Shown here: positions 50,171 to 62,238 of the stretch, piece by piece
Layout of the letters: each line of letters starts with the position of its first letter
Numbering within the stretch: position 1 is the stretch's first letter
Source of the DNA: Laetmonice hystrix
Taxonomy: Eukaryota
Assembly: GCA_965235115.1 (NCBI GenBank)
Contig: OZ249436.1
Coordinates: 4,588,001-4,652,000, forward strand
Length of the DNA: 64,000 nucleotides
Reading direction: 5' to 3'
Notes under the pieces: generated by a model
Database searches by the model: none
What the model saw: the letters and a program-made list of their open reading frames with translations, nothing else
What the model was told of the DNA's origin: nothing
Program-made: the position numbers and the translations under genes

Positions 50171-50900
50171 GAACAAAAGGGCATGACGACGATCAATACA
50201 ACGTTCTTCCACATGGATTCCGAGAGTGAGGCTGAAATACCCGGCATGCATGGGTTGTCTTTGTGGTGGGTATTACGCTGGATTATCCTCATGGAGCTGT
50301 CGGGATTTGGTACCGTACTCGATACCGGTCACAATACAGAAAAAGACGAAAGTAAAATGATCGATAATTCTTCCAATGTTTTCTGAGTAGGATTCAAGGG
50401 ATCATAATGGTGGTTCCATATGAGCCGGTGTCTGTGGATCTAGTTTGGCGATGACAGGGCTAGGTCGCCGTTAAGACAGGAGATTAATGGATTACAATAA
50501 TCTCTGATGATGTTATCAATGCTGCCTGTATCCTGGCTATCTAACAAAGCCCTACAACCAACAGTTAAAAAAACACTTTGCGACGTTTGGGCCGGTCCGT
50601 GTCCTCTATCAGCTGCGTTGTCGAATCTGGTGGAAACGCCACGAGAAGCGAATTTGACGTGAGGTCGTCGCCGGAAGTACTACCAGTCAGGTCAGGTGAC
50701 CAGCTGCTGGTCAGCTAAAGGAAAATAGGTCGTCCATCAACTACAAAAAACAAAAGTCGCAATGTATGCTTCCATAAAAATGTTCTGGTGCAAAATGTAT
50801 ACAGAATCGCGCCCTCACTTCGTCTACAGATATAAATTACTCTTGTAGATTTTCGGAACAGTAGCCCAGGTCGGCCTGTAAAATAGATATTAGCCCTTTC

Positions 50901-53900
50901 TGACAGGTAAGTTTCTGACAGGTGGTCCTACGGAACCGTCCTGACAGGTAAAATTGTGACAGGTAGTCCTATATTCCCGTCCTGACAGGTAAGACTGTGA
51001 CAGGTAGTCCTGTGGACCCGTCCTGTGACAGGTAGTCCTATAGACCCGTCCTGACAGGTAGTCCTATGGACCTGTCCTGTGACAGGTAAAACTGTGACAG
51101 GTTGTCCTATGGACCCGTCCTGTGACAGGTAAGATTATGACAGGTAGTCCTATGGACCCGTCCTGACAGGTAGTCCTATAGACCCGTCCTGACAGGTAAG
51201 ATTGTGACAGGTAGTCCTATAGACCCGTCCTGACAGGTAAGATTGTGACAGGTTGTCCTATGGACGGTCCGTCCTGACAGGTAAGACTGTGACAGGTAGT
51301 CCTATAGACCCGTCCTGACAGGTAAGACTGTGACAGGTTGTCCTATGGACGGTCCGTCCTGACAGGTAAGACTGTGACAGGTAGTCCTATAGACCCGTCC
51401 TGACAGGTAAGATTGTGACAGGTTGTCCTATGGACGGTCCGTCCTGACAGGTAAGACTGTGACAGGTAGTCCTATAGACCCGTCCTGACAGGTAAGATTG
51501 TGACAGGTAGTCCTATAGACCCGTCCTGACAGGTAAGATTGTGACAGGTAGTCCTATAGACCCGTCCTGACAGGTAAGACTGTGACAGGTTGTCCTATGG
51601 ACGGTCCGTCCTGACAGGTAAGACTGTGACAGGTAGTCCTATAGACCTGTCCTGACACGTAAGACTGTGACAGGTTGTCCTATGGACGGTCCGTCCTGAC
51701 AGGTATGATTGTGACAGGTAGTCCTATAGACCTGTCCTGACACGTAAGACTGTGACAGGTTGTCCTATGGACGGTCCGTCCTGACAGGTAAGACTGTGAC
51801 AGGTAGTCCTATAGACCTGTCCTGACACGTAAGACTGTGACAGGTTGTCCTATGGACGGTCCGTCCTGACAGGTAAGACTGTGACAGGTAGTCCTATAGA
51901 CCTGTCCTGACACGTAAGACTGTGACAGGTTGTCCTATGGACGGTCCGTCCTGACAGGTAAGACTGTGACAGGTAGTCCTATAGACCTGTCCTGACACGT
52001 AAGACTGTGACAGGTTGTCCTATGGACGGTCCGTCCTGACAGGTAAGACTGTGACAGGTAGTCATATAGACCTGTCCTGACACGTAAGACTGTGACAGGT
52101 TGTCCTATGGACGGTCCGTCCTGACAGGTAAGACTGTGACAGGTAGTCCTATAGACCTGTCCTGACACGTAAGACTGTGACAGGTTGTCCTATGGACGGT
52201 CCGTCCTGACAGGTAAGACTGTGACAGGTAGTCCTATAGACCTGTCCTGACACGTAAGACTGTGACAGGTTGTCCTATGGACGGTCCGTCCTGACAGGTA
52301 AGACTGTGACAGGTAGTCCTATAGACCCGTCCTGACAGGTAAGATTGTGACAGGTAGTCCTATAGACCCGTCCTGACAGGTAAGACTGTGACAGGTAGTC
52401 CTATAGACCTGTCCTGACACGTAAGACTGTGACAGGTTGTCCTATGGACGGTCCGTCCTGACAGGTAAGACTGTGACAGGTAGTCCTATAGACCTGTCCT
52501 GACACGTAAGACTGTGACAGGTTGTCCTATGGACGGTCCGTCCTGACAGGTAAGACTGTGACAGGTAGTCCTATAGACCTGTCCTGACACGTAAGACTGT
52601 GACAGGTTGTCCTATGGACGGTCCGTCCTGACAGGTAAGACTGTGACAGGTAGTCCTATAGACCTGTCCTGACACGTAAGACTGTGACAGGTTGTCCTAT
52701 GGACGGTCCGTCCTGACAGGTAAGACTGTGACAGGTAGTCCTATAGACCTGTCCTGACACGTAAGACTGTGACAGGTTGTCCTATGGACGGTCCGTCCTG
52801 ACAGGTAAGACTGTGACAGGTAGTCCTATAGACCTGTCCTGACACGTAAGACTGTGACAGGTTGTCCTATGGACGGTCCGTCCTGACAGGTAAGACTGTG
52901 ACAGGTAGTCCTATAGACCTGTCCTGACACGTAAGACTGTGACAGGTTGTCCTATGGACGGTCCGTCCTGACAGGTAAGACTGTGACAGGTAGTCCTATA
53001 GACCTGTCCTGACACGTAAGACTGTGACAGGTTGTCCTATGGACGGTCCGTCCTGACAGGTAAGACTGTGACAGGTAGTCCTATAGACCTGTCCTGACAC
53101 GTAAGACTGTGACAGGTTGTCCTATGGACGGTCCGTCCTGACAGGTAAGACTGTGACAGGTAGTCCTATAGACCTGTCCTGACACGTAAGACTGTGACAG
53201 GTTGTCCTATGGACGGTCCGTCCTGACAGGTAAGACTGTGACAGGTAGTCCTATAGACCTGTCCTGACACGTAAGACTGTGACAGGTTGTCCTATGGACG
53301 GTCCGTCCTGACAGGTAAGACTGTGACAGGTAGTCCTATAGACCTGTCCTGACACGTAAGACTGTGACAGGTTGTCCTATGGACGGTCCGTCCTGACAGG
53401 TAAGACTGTGACAGGTAGTCCTATAGACCTGTCCTGACACGTAAGACTGTGACAGGTTGTCCTATGGACGGTCCGTCCTGACAGGTATGATTGTGACAGG
53501 TAGTCCTATAGACCTGTCCTGACACGTAAGACTGTGACAGGTTGTCCTATGGACGGTCCGTCCTGACAGGTAAGACTGTGACAGGTAGTCATATAGACCT
53601 GTCCTGACACGTAAGACTGTGACAGGTTGTCCTATGGACGGTCCGTCCTGACAGGTAAGACTGTGACAGGTAGTCATATAGACCTGTCCTGACACGTAAG
53701 ACTGTGACAGGTTGTCCTATGGACGGTCCGTCCTGACAGGTAAGACTGTGACAGGTAGTCCTATAGACCTGTCCTGACACGTAAGACTGTGACAGGTTGT
53801 CCTATGGACGGTCCGTCCTGACAGGTAAGACTGTGACAGGTAGTCCTATAGACCTGTCCTGACACGTAAGACTGTGACAGGTTGTCCTATGGACGGTCCG

Positions 53901-54839
53901 TCCTGACAGGTAAGACTGTGACAGGTAGTCCTATAGACCTGTCCTGACACGTAAGACTGTGACAGGTTGTCCTATGGACGGTCCGTCCTGACAGGTAAGA
54001 CTGTGACAGGTAGTCCTATAGACCCGTCCTGTGACAGGTAGTCCTATAGACCCGTCCTGTGACAGGTAGTCCTATGGACCTGTCCTGTGACAGGTAAGAC
54101 TGTGATAGGTAGTCCTATAGACCCGTCCTGTGACAGGTAGTCGTATAGACCCGTCCTGTGACAGGTAAGACTGTGACAGGTAGTCCTAAAAACCCGTCCT
54201 GTGACAGGTAGTCCTATGGACACGTTCTGTGACAGGTAGTCCTATGGACCCGTCCTGTGACACGTAAGACTGTGACAGGTAGTCCTATGGACCCGTCCTG
54301 TGACAGGTAGTCCTAGGACCCGTCCTGTGACAGGTAGTCCTATGGACCCGTCCTGTGACAGGTAGTCCTATAGACCCGTCCTGTGACAGGTAGTCCTATG
54401 GACCCGTCCTGTGACAGGTAAGACTGTGACAGGTAGTCCTATGGACCCGTCCTGTGACAGGTAGTCCTATAGACCCGTCCTGTGACAGGTAGTCCTATGG
54501 ACCCGTCCTGTGACAGGTAAGACTGTGACAGGTAGTCCTATAGACCCGTCCTGTGACAGGTAGTCCTATGGACCCGTCCTGTGACAGGTAGTCCTATAGA
54601 CCCGTCCTGTGACAGGTAGTCCTATGGACCCGTCCTGTGACAGGTAAGACTGTGACAGGTAGTCCTATAGACCTGTCCTGACACGTAAGACTGTGACAGG
54701 TAGTCCTATAGACCCGTCCTGTGACAGGTAGTCCTATGGACCCGTCCTGTGACAGGTAGTGCTATAGACCCGTCCTGTGACAGGTAAGACTGTGACAGGT
54801 AGTCCTATAGACCCGTCCTGTGACAGGTAGTCCTATGAA
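50901..54839. repeat. 3.9-kb satellite: ~27-29-bp and 14-bp subunits at the flanks, homogenised 85-bp (41+44) higher-order repeat in the core
   Basis: Period 85 verified (52561 to 52646); sub-units GACAGGTAAGACTGTGACAGGTAGTCCTATAGACCTGTCCT and GACACGTAAGACTGTGACAGGTTGTCCTATGGACGGTCCGTCCT. Confidence 0.98.
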
Positions 54840-55480
54840 CCCACCGTCCCATCCTGATAAAACCCGACGCCGCGTTCACATCCATCTTGTTATGAACGCC
54901 GGGTGCGATCAGCTGCCGTAAAACGGCCTGACAGGAAACGGTTACTTGCGGCAAAGATTGCCGTCAACTGGGGACAGCCATGACAGGAAGAAGCAAAGAC
55001 AAGGTCAATGATGTCCCTTGATGAGGTAATGGATTGTGAGCGTGGACGTCAGATGATTCTATTCGACCCGACTGACATTATTCAGTCCACCAACTGTATG
55101 CTAACAGAAGATGGCGTCTTCGGTATGCTTCAGGATCCTTTATGTTTTGATATTGTGTTCAAAGAAAGGCACGGTTTCAACATAGGATGATTAGTTGATT
55201 CTTATCTTGGGCATATTTGTCAGAAATTCAAAAACACCATCAAGCGGTATCAGGATAAATAAAAGAAACTTTCGCGCCAGAGGCTTGAAGGATAGGCACG
55301 GAAATGGAAGCCGTCTGGCGACATCAAAGGGAAACCAATATTTCACATCCCTTTCTTCATCAAGCTGATCGACGTACGTCGATGGCTTGTCAAGCCTTTC
55401 TTTGCTTGACAAGGGGAAGTGGACATTGGTGAACCGGGACTTACGTGGTCCTGAGAGTCGGTGCAGAGATATCGGCAGCT

Positions 55481-55964
55481 TCTATATATACTAATACCGT
55501 AAGGGGGCTGCGTTGTCATCGCTCTACCGCTTTTCCCTTTCGACGCATCAACGTGAAAGTACGCCAGGCATAACAACAGTATTCCCCTGTTTGTTTTGAT
55601 GTGTATTAATGTTTGTTTCCTTGGCGTTGTGAGGCATTATTTGGCACACGTTTCACTACAACCGCCCGAACTGTCCGCCATTGTTGTTGTTGTTGTTGAT
55701 CGACTACGACAAATGACCTTGGCTGGAGACCTGCGCCCTCCGGTGGCAGTCTGGCCGCACCATCTCTGGTGCGGCGGTAGAGGGCAGCAGCAGCGCGCAG
55801 GTCTCCAGCCAACAACTGACCTCGTTTACGGCAATCGCGACAATCGAGCCACTTTTTAGCAACGGACTGGGAGAGGGGGTCATTTTTCCATGATTTTGTA
55901 TGTACTTCATGGTCGACCCCTTTTAGCCCCCTTCGGTCCCGTGCGGCGTACGGGTTCTTGCTAG
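55481..55964 (+). mobile_element. Non-autonomous Helitron, copy 2
   Basis: 5' TCTATATATACTAATA; 3' hairpin CCCGTGCGGCGTACGGG then TTCTTGCTAG; highly similar reverse complement of 39107-39540; flanks are non-canonical (T / G). Confidence 0.88.
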
Positions 55965-56081
55965 GGTCCTCTAATCATGAGTTAATTTCTCCCGACACGG
56001 TATGCCGTCAACAATCGGAGGTATAAAATTAATTTCGTTTCGGTTTTCGGCGCTTTGAGAGGAAAATAGCACTGAAAGGAG

Positions 56082-56234
56082 CACATGTTTGCGTCACATA
56101 GATCGAGCTCCCAGATCAACACATGTTTGCGTCACATAGATCGAGCTCCCAGATCAACACATGTTTGCGTCACATAGATCGAGCTCCCAGATAAGCACAT
56201 GTATGCGTCACATAGATCGAGTTTCCAGCACATG
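56082..56234. repeat. 38-bp tandem repeat, ~4 copies
   Basis: CACATGTTTGCGTCACATAGATCGAGCTCCCAGATCAA. Confidence 0.93.
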
Positions 56235-56242
56235 TATACAGT

Positions 56243-57127
56243 TTATTTACGTCTCCCCCCAGCTGGGGGAGACGTTTTGTTTTGCACGCTGTTTCTGACC
56301 GCTCTCTCTATTTCTTTCTTTCTTTCTTTCTTTCTTTGTTTCTTTTATTTCCTTCTTTTTGGAATAACTCGGCCACTGTTAGAGAGAGAGTTATCAAATT
56401 TGAAATGCCCCGACAGAACCTTCTGAAAAATCTTTGTTTGTAATTATAGTGCCATTTGACCTTTGACCTCTTCCGTGGCACCAATGTGCCAACTTGTGCT
56501 GTGATCACGATAACGTGAGAAAAATAGCCTCAATCGATCCAAAATTGGTATGTCGGCCTTCTTTCATCCGGGGCTTGGACAAGTTCGAAAACCAGTTTGG
56601 TTGACCCAGAACTTTCAAGATGGCGGCTGATCTAAAAAAAATGGCACGTGCCATTTTTTTGCCAAAGCCATAACTCGGAAAATACTGACTGGAATAACAT
56701 CAAATTTGGTCAGCAGGGTCATCTATGTCCCAAATTTAGATTTCCCGGAGGACACGTTCGTGTGACCCCAGATGACCTCTGTGTGACCTTCAACATTTTC
56801 GAAGTGGTTGGGCACTTACTTGACGTCAGCCCAAAAACTACCGGGGCTAGAAAGTCCTAATTTGGGGAAAAGACAACTGTGGATATTTTCTCGGGATTTT
56901 GCTATTTTTAGCACTTCATGACCTTTGACCTCAGTACCGTGCCAACCTTAGAGAAGCCTTTTATATCTTCCAAACCCCTGACCGTATCTTTATGAAACTT
57001 GGTGGAGAAGAATCTCCAGGTCTTTGCCTACAACTGCTACATAAGTGTTTTTCGCTATAGTTAATAGTTTCCGACTTATGCGGCCATCTTTCCGACACAC
57101 AGCCACGCAGGGTAAACTGTCGCGTGG
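56243..57127 (+). mobile_element. Helentron-associated (HINE/DINE-1-like) non-autonomous element
   Basis: T-rich start, palindrome CGTCTCCCCCC-AGCT-GGGGGAGACG (56250-56274), (TTTC)n microsatellite, recurrent GACCTTTGACCT / AAACTTGGT / CAAATTTGG motifs, terminal hairpin CCACGC...GCGTGG; 3' boundary approximate. Confidence 0.55.
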
Positions 57128-58545
57128 CGTACGGGCCGGTCGGTCCACCACCACTGGGTCAGGGGTCGTTGCCCGGCAACAAGGTCACTGCCTGACCTCG
57201 CCACGCCAGTATCTATTTATAGGAGGTCAGATCTCCCTACTGTGGCCCATAAGTACCAACATAATTGACACAGTAATTTACTTTAAAGCCTGGCCACAGT
57301 TTACAGTTATGACAAGACCTTAATTGGTCTCGGTGGCCGCAGTACAAAGTTATGCCACAACTGCACTGGAAATGTATGCTTTGTTCTGTCCGGCCGGCCT
57401 GGCCACAGTTTACAGTTATGACAAGACCTGAATTGGTCTCACTGGCCGCAGTACAAAGTTATGACAACACTTTGGACTATGTGAGCAAAGGGTGGCAGCT
57501 GGTTTGTTCTCTGAAGACAATGCTCCTGCATAGGCTCTTTTCATTTCTGACATCGTTCAGCACCCACCCAAGTTGTCAAACGATTCATAATGGTGGGTCC
57601 CGGGTTCTGCATTAACCGTGAATGTCGCATACCTACTTACATACATACCTATACAACTCCATATTTTATCTTCTTCTTATGCCGGCCAACGACACCACCT
57701 TCTTCCTTTCCTGGCACATTCTGACGCGTCAGGCAGTATCAAGCAGTCGGTATAGCTTAGTCGAACACGCACTAACATTATCACAACCCTTTCATTCACC
57801 CAAAACCGCTTTGGACATATATTACCGCATATTACCCCGGCCCAAGGGTGTAGCCAGGGGGGTTTCCGGGTTGTCTGGAACCCCTCCCCTCCCCAAAAAC
57901 GATAATTAATAGATAATTAATTAACTAAATAGATCTATATGAATGACTAATATTATGGTTGCCCCCCCCCCCCACATCTCTACTATTATTATATCGGGGT
58001 TTTTTTGGCAAATCTGCCATAGCTCGCAACACACTACTTTCAGACTAGTTAGGTCAAACAATATATAATGTGATTGATTTAAAAAAGGGGAGACGTCCTG
58101 TTCGGACTGAACAATTTCTAGTTTACCATAGAGGTCAATGAGAACTCTGACCATGCCTTAAGCTTTCACCAGAGTATTCCTGAACAGACTTGTGCATGTT
58201 CAACTAAACGTGTTGAACCTGTGCCAAAGCAAGCCATTATAGAAATATTCAGCCGTTAAGTAATTTATCTTGGCTGTGACTTTATTCCTTGTGCCAACAC
58301 ATTTAACCAACTCGAGTCGTGCGTGTGGATCATGCGAGCAGACGTAAATATTTCATCTTATGTTTACACCGTGGCGTGTATGACGGAATGCCTGGGATCA
58401 TTCGATAACAAATATCTCACAGAGGTCCTGACCCTAGGCTGCATGCATGCTACCATAGGCTGAGGGTACACACGGAGCAGGTGCGCACACTTGTAAACCA
58501 CTTTCATCTGCCCGCCTCAAGTCCAGTAATGCTATTACCTGTATA

Positions 58546-58729
58546 AAGGCCGGTTTATAGTCCGTCGGCCGACCATCGGTCGACCATCGCTGAACGTTTA
58601 TAGTCCAGCGATCCGGCTGTCGACCGACCGATCGCTGGGAGTTAAGCCTGCGTGAACTTTGACCTGACGTCGAGCGATGGTCGGCCAATGGTCGGCCGAT
58701 GGTCGGCCGACGGACTATAAACCGGCCTT
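58546..58729. mobile_element. Small MITE with ~40-bp TIRs (AAGGCCGGTTTATAGTCCGTCGGCCGACCATCGG)
   Basis: Ends are reverse complements; TA (or TAA/TTA) flanks, so Tc1/mariner versus PIF/Harbinger is unresolved. Confidence 0.85.
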
Positions 58730-58785
58730 TATGCATTCTTATTGAACGGTAGCCACCCAAGCTTCAGTGATCAGAATTCCCTTAG

Positions 58786-58963
58786 GACTCTACAAGAATC
58801 ACGAAATCGATAATATGAATTCAGTTACTGGGCGCCTCAGCTCCGGCACAGACATGGATACGACGAATGAAAATGTAAACCGACGATTGGCTGAAGGAGC
58901 AGACACCGCAGCCAACCATTATGTGGCCAGATTCCAGACCAGATGCCCAATTATCGGAATCAC
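58786..58963 (+). CDS. Candidate internal exon (G)LYKNHEIDNMNSVTGRLSSGTDMDTTNENVNRRLAEGADTAANHYVARFQTRCPIIGI(T)
   Basis: TTCCCTTAG acceptor, 178-bp open frame, AC|GTATGG donor. Confidence 0.35.
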
Positions 58964-59033
58964 GTATGGATTACAGTTGTTTCTGTTGAGATCACGTCTG
59001 CTGTAATTCCCCCCAGAATAGCCATCCCATGGA

Positions 59034-59518
59034 CACGGTGCCCACAGATCTTGAAAAGTCCTCGAATTTTGTGTTGGTCCTTGAAAAGTCCTTAAATTTG
59101 AAGTCTGTCTTGAAAAACACAATGTTTCCATGAGAAGTACTTTAGTAATTAGTCCCAAATCCTTGAATTTGACAACAAACATATCAACATAATTTCCATA
59201 GGCCAGTTTTCTTAGCCATATAGATCTCGTGCATCTTGGCAACTTCTCAATGATGTCTGAGTGTCGAAAGTTACAGTCATCAAGTTGTTACACAAAAGTA
59301 ACCCTGCAAGTAGAACTGTTTAAACGAAAATTAATTTGTGGTTTTCTTTATATTAATAATTAGCCTACTTTTTATCGTCAAATAAAAGTCTTTCGTCCGC
59401 GAAACTTCTATGATGGTCGATGGAATGTTGTCGTGGAACTTGAACATCAGGTCTTCGGCCCATAAAAACTCATGGAAGAGTCCTTGAAATTTGTCAGCCC
59501 AATCATGCGGGAACCCTG
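59034..59518. mobile_element. hAT-like MITE with subterminal (GT)CCTTGAA repeats
   Basis: CACGGTGCCCACA ... TGCGGGAACCCTG imperfect TIRs; no matching TSD. Confidence 0.55.
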
Positions 59519-59668
59519 GTGAAGTAAAGCCCCTCATCAGAGAAAAAAAATAGTTTGTTCCCCTTCTCTGAAAACTGTTGAAAAGACACAGCAGCCGAAT
59601 GCGATTAGGCTTTCGATCTTTCATTCTAAAAATCATTATTATATAAAGTGTCTGTTCCTAGTTTGATG

Positions 59669-60265
59669 TGATTGATGGAGACAGTTGGCCGGTATTAAAG
59701 CGTAGAATGATTGATGGAGACAGTTGGCCGGTATTAAAGCGTAGAATGATTGATGTAGACAGTTGGCCGGTATTAAAGCGTAGAATGATTGATTGAGACA
59801 GTTGGCCGGTATTAAACGTAGAATGATTGATGTAGACAGTTGGCAGGTATTAAAGCGTAGATTGATTGATGGAGACAGTTGGCCGGTATTAAAGCGTAGA
59901 ATGATTGATGGAGACAGTTGGCCGGTATTAAAGCGTAGAATGATTGATGGAGACAGTTGGCCGGTATTAAAGCGTAGAATGATTGATGGAGACAGTTGGC
60001 CGGTATTAAAGCGTAGAATGATTGATGGAGACAGTAACTGTTGGCCGGTATTAAAGCGTAGAATGATTGATGGAGACAGTTGGCCGGTATTAAAGCGTAG
60101 AATGATTGATGGAGACAGTAACTGTTGGCCGGTATTAAAGCGTAGAATGATTGATGGAGACAGTTGGCCGGTATTAAAGCGTAGAATGATTGATGGAGAC
60201 AGTTGGCCGGTATTAAAGCGTAGAATGATTGATGGAGACAGTTGGCCGGTATTAAAGCGTAGAAT
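59669..60265. repeat. Minisatellite, 39-bp unit (two 45-bp variants), ~15 copies
   Basis: TGATTGATGGAGACAGTTGGCCGGTATTAAAGCGTAGAA. Confidence 0.97.
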
Positions 60266-60490
60266 ACATGTGGTAGTCATTGAATAACCGAGCAATGTGA
60301 CGTGAAGGATGTCACAGAGGTTTACTTGTTCATGATGTCTGAGGTCAAAATGAGAATAGTTGCTCGGTATTATAGTTATAATTGATATCTGATATTAAAT
60401 CAGGGGCAAGGCGTCAAAGGTGGCAATATCTTGATACGAGCTACCTTGAATCCTATTGGACAATGGACATCAGTTCGCAAGTTTCGAACT

Positions 60491-60802
60491 ACGAGGACTC
60501 GGCTCAGTCGGAGTTGGTCGAGTGGTTGAGTCTGGTCGTTCAGGACGAGGGCTCGGCTCAGTCGGAGTTGGTCGGGTGGTTGAGTCTGGTCGTTCAGGAC
60601 GAGGGCTCGGCTCAGTCGGAGTTGGTCGAGTGGTTGAGTCTGGTCGTTCAGGACGAGGACTCGGCTCAGTCGGAGTTGGTCGAGTGGTTGAGTCTGGTCG
60701 TTCAGGACGAGGGCTCGGCTCAGCCGGAGTTGGTCGAGTGGTTGAGTCTGGTCGTTCAGGACGAGGGCTCGGCTCAGCCGGAGTTGGTCGAGTGGTTGAG
60801 TC
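60491..60802. repeat. Minisatellite, 54-bp unit, ~5.8 copies
   Basis: ACGAGGGCTCGGCTCAGTCGGAGTTGGTCGAGTGGTTGAGTCTGGTCGTTCAGG. Confidence 0.97.
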
Positions 60803-60809
60803 ACTCGGA

Positions 60810-61165
60810 ACGACCGACGCTGCTTCTGATTGGCTGTTTCTAGGTCATATCCGGGACGAAGCCGAAAGAAAAGTAAACCGGAAATGATTCTGTCGTTCCG
60901 ATTGTGGCTGAGTCTGGTCTTTTAGGCCCTTCTGGGCGGCCAGCCTTGCCTTTTGTAGGACTACTTTTCGTTTTTTTCGGTTTTCTGAACAAGATCCGCC
61001 GGCTCAAGTCGGAAAACTACCGTGACGTCACGGGTAAGAATATATAGACCCCCCGCCCCCTCGGGCGGACAACACCATAGCGTTACGAAAAGGGAAGCCC
61101 TTCCACAGGACTATTCCGCAGCCTGCTGACTTTTGCCGATCCGCCTTTTCCGTCGCCTACAGGTA
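60810..61165 (+). promoter_or_regulatory. Putative CpG-rich promoter / first exon
   Basis: Reverse CCAAT (GATTGG), CCGGAAAT, perfect CRE palindrome CGTGACGTCACG (61021-61032), TATATAG, GC boxes, then a CAG|GTAATC donor at 61163. Confidence 0.3.
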
Positions 61166-61332
61166 ATCGATATCCTTATTTATTTGCTTAAGGCTCACCT
61201 GTAGGACAGCTATTGCTAATATTCGAGACGCCAAGGTGTGGTTAGAGAACCGAATACCAGCCTTTCATCTGTGGGCGTGATGGGTGGCGGTATTAGGGAA
61301 GACACTTATGACGCTGGCGTTTGGCTTGGGTC

Positions 61333-61674
61333 TGGCCAGGTCAGTGGGTTTGGTAATGGCCAGGTCAGTGAGTTTGTCAATGGCCAGGGCAGTGAGTTTG
61401 GTAATGGCCGGGTTAGTGAGTTTGGTAAAGGCCGGGTTAGTGAGTTTGGTAAAGGCCGGGTTAGTGAGTTTGGTAAAGGCCGGGTTAGTAAGTTGGGAAA
61501 GGCCGGGTTAGTGAGTTTGGTAAAGGCCGGGTTAGTGAGTTTGGTAAAGGCCAGGTTAGTGAGTTTGTCAATGGCCAGGTTAGTGAGTTTGGTAAAGGCC
61601 GGGTTAGTGAGTTTGGTAAAGGCCGGGTTAGTGAGTTTGGTAAAGGACGGATCAGTGGGTTTGGTAACGGCCAG
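61333..61674. repeat. Minisatellite, 24-bp unit, ~14 copies
   Basis: GGCCGGGTTAGTGAGTTTGGTAAA. Confidence 0.95.
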
Positions 61675-62238
61675 ATTTGCACGTAGAACTGTCACAGAGA
61701 GTCTGAGATTCTACATGCCTGGGGAAATGGAGAATAGTGTCTTGGTGACTGCTATCCCTTCTGACCCCATCCGTCATCTGCACCGACTGAATAAGTAAAC
61801 GATCCTTTCCCCATGCCCCAAGATGGTCTCAGGTGCTCACGTGGTCTAAAGTAACCAATCAGCGACTTACTGACGACAGCGGCCCCTGGTGTAGAATAAT
61901 GATAAAGTAGTAACCATACACGTTTCTTCGTCCTGTGCGACTCTTTATCTAGCAATGTCCATTGATGTTATGGGAAACGAATTGATGTGTAACATAATTA
62001 CAGAGTTCCGAGAGGTATGAGATGGGAGGTTATCTGAAATGAGGCATCGCTGCTTGTGAAACTGATCTCTTGTTAACGTGCCTCTCATTCGTCCTTTTAC
62101 CTATATCCTGCCGGAAACCGGCACGCATCGAGTAGTTTACGTCAATTCGATTACATTCACCCAACTCGATTGCATGACCTTCCGGGAGAGAAAATCCGAC
62201 TCGACCGGGGGGGGGGGGGGTCTGCCACCTTTGTATCT

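Noticed and set aside
55008-55455. Protein-like plus frame (MMSLDEVMDCERG...KWKPSGDIKGKPIFHIPFF) next to Helitron copy 2
   Set aside because: About 5 stops in ~150 codons is near random expectation, and no family motif was recognised
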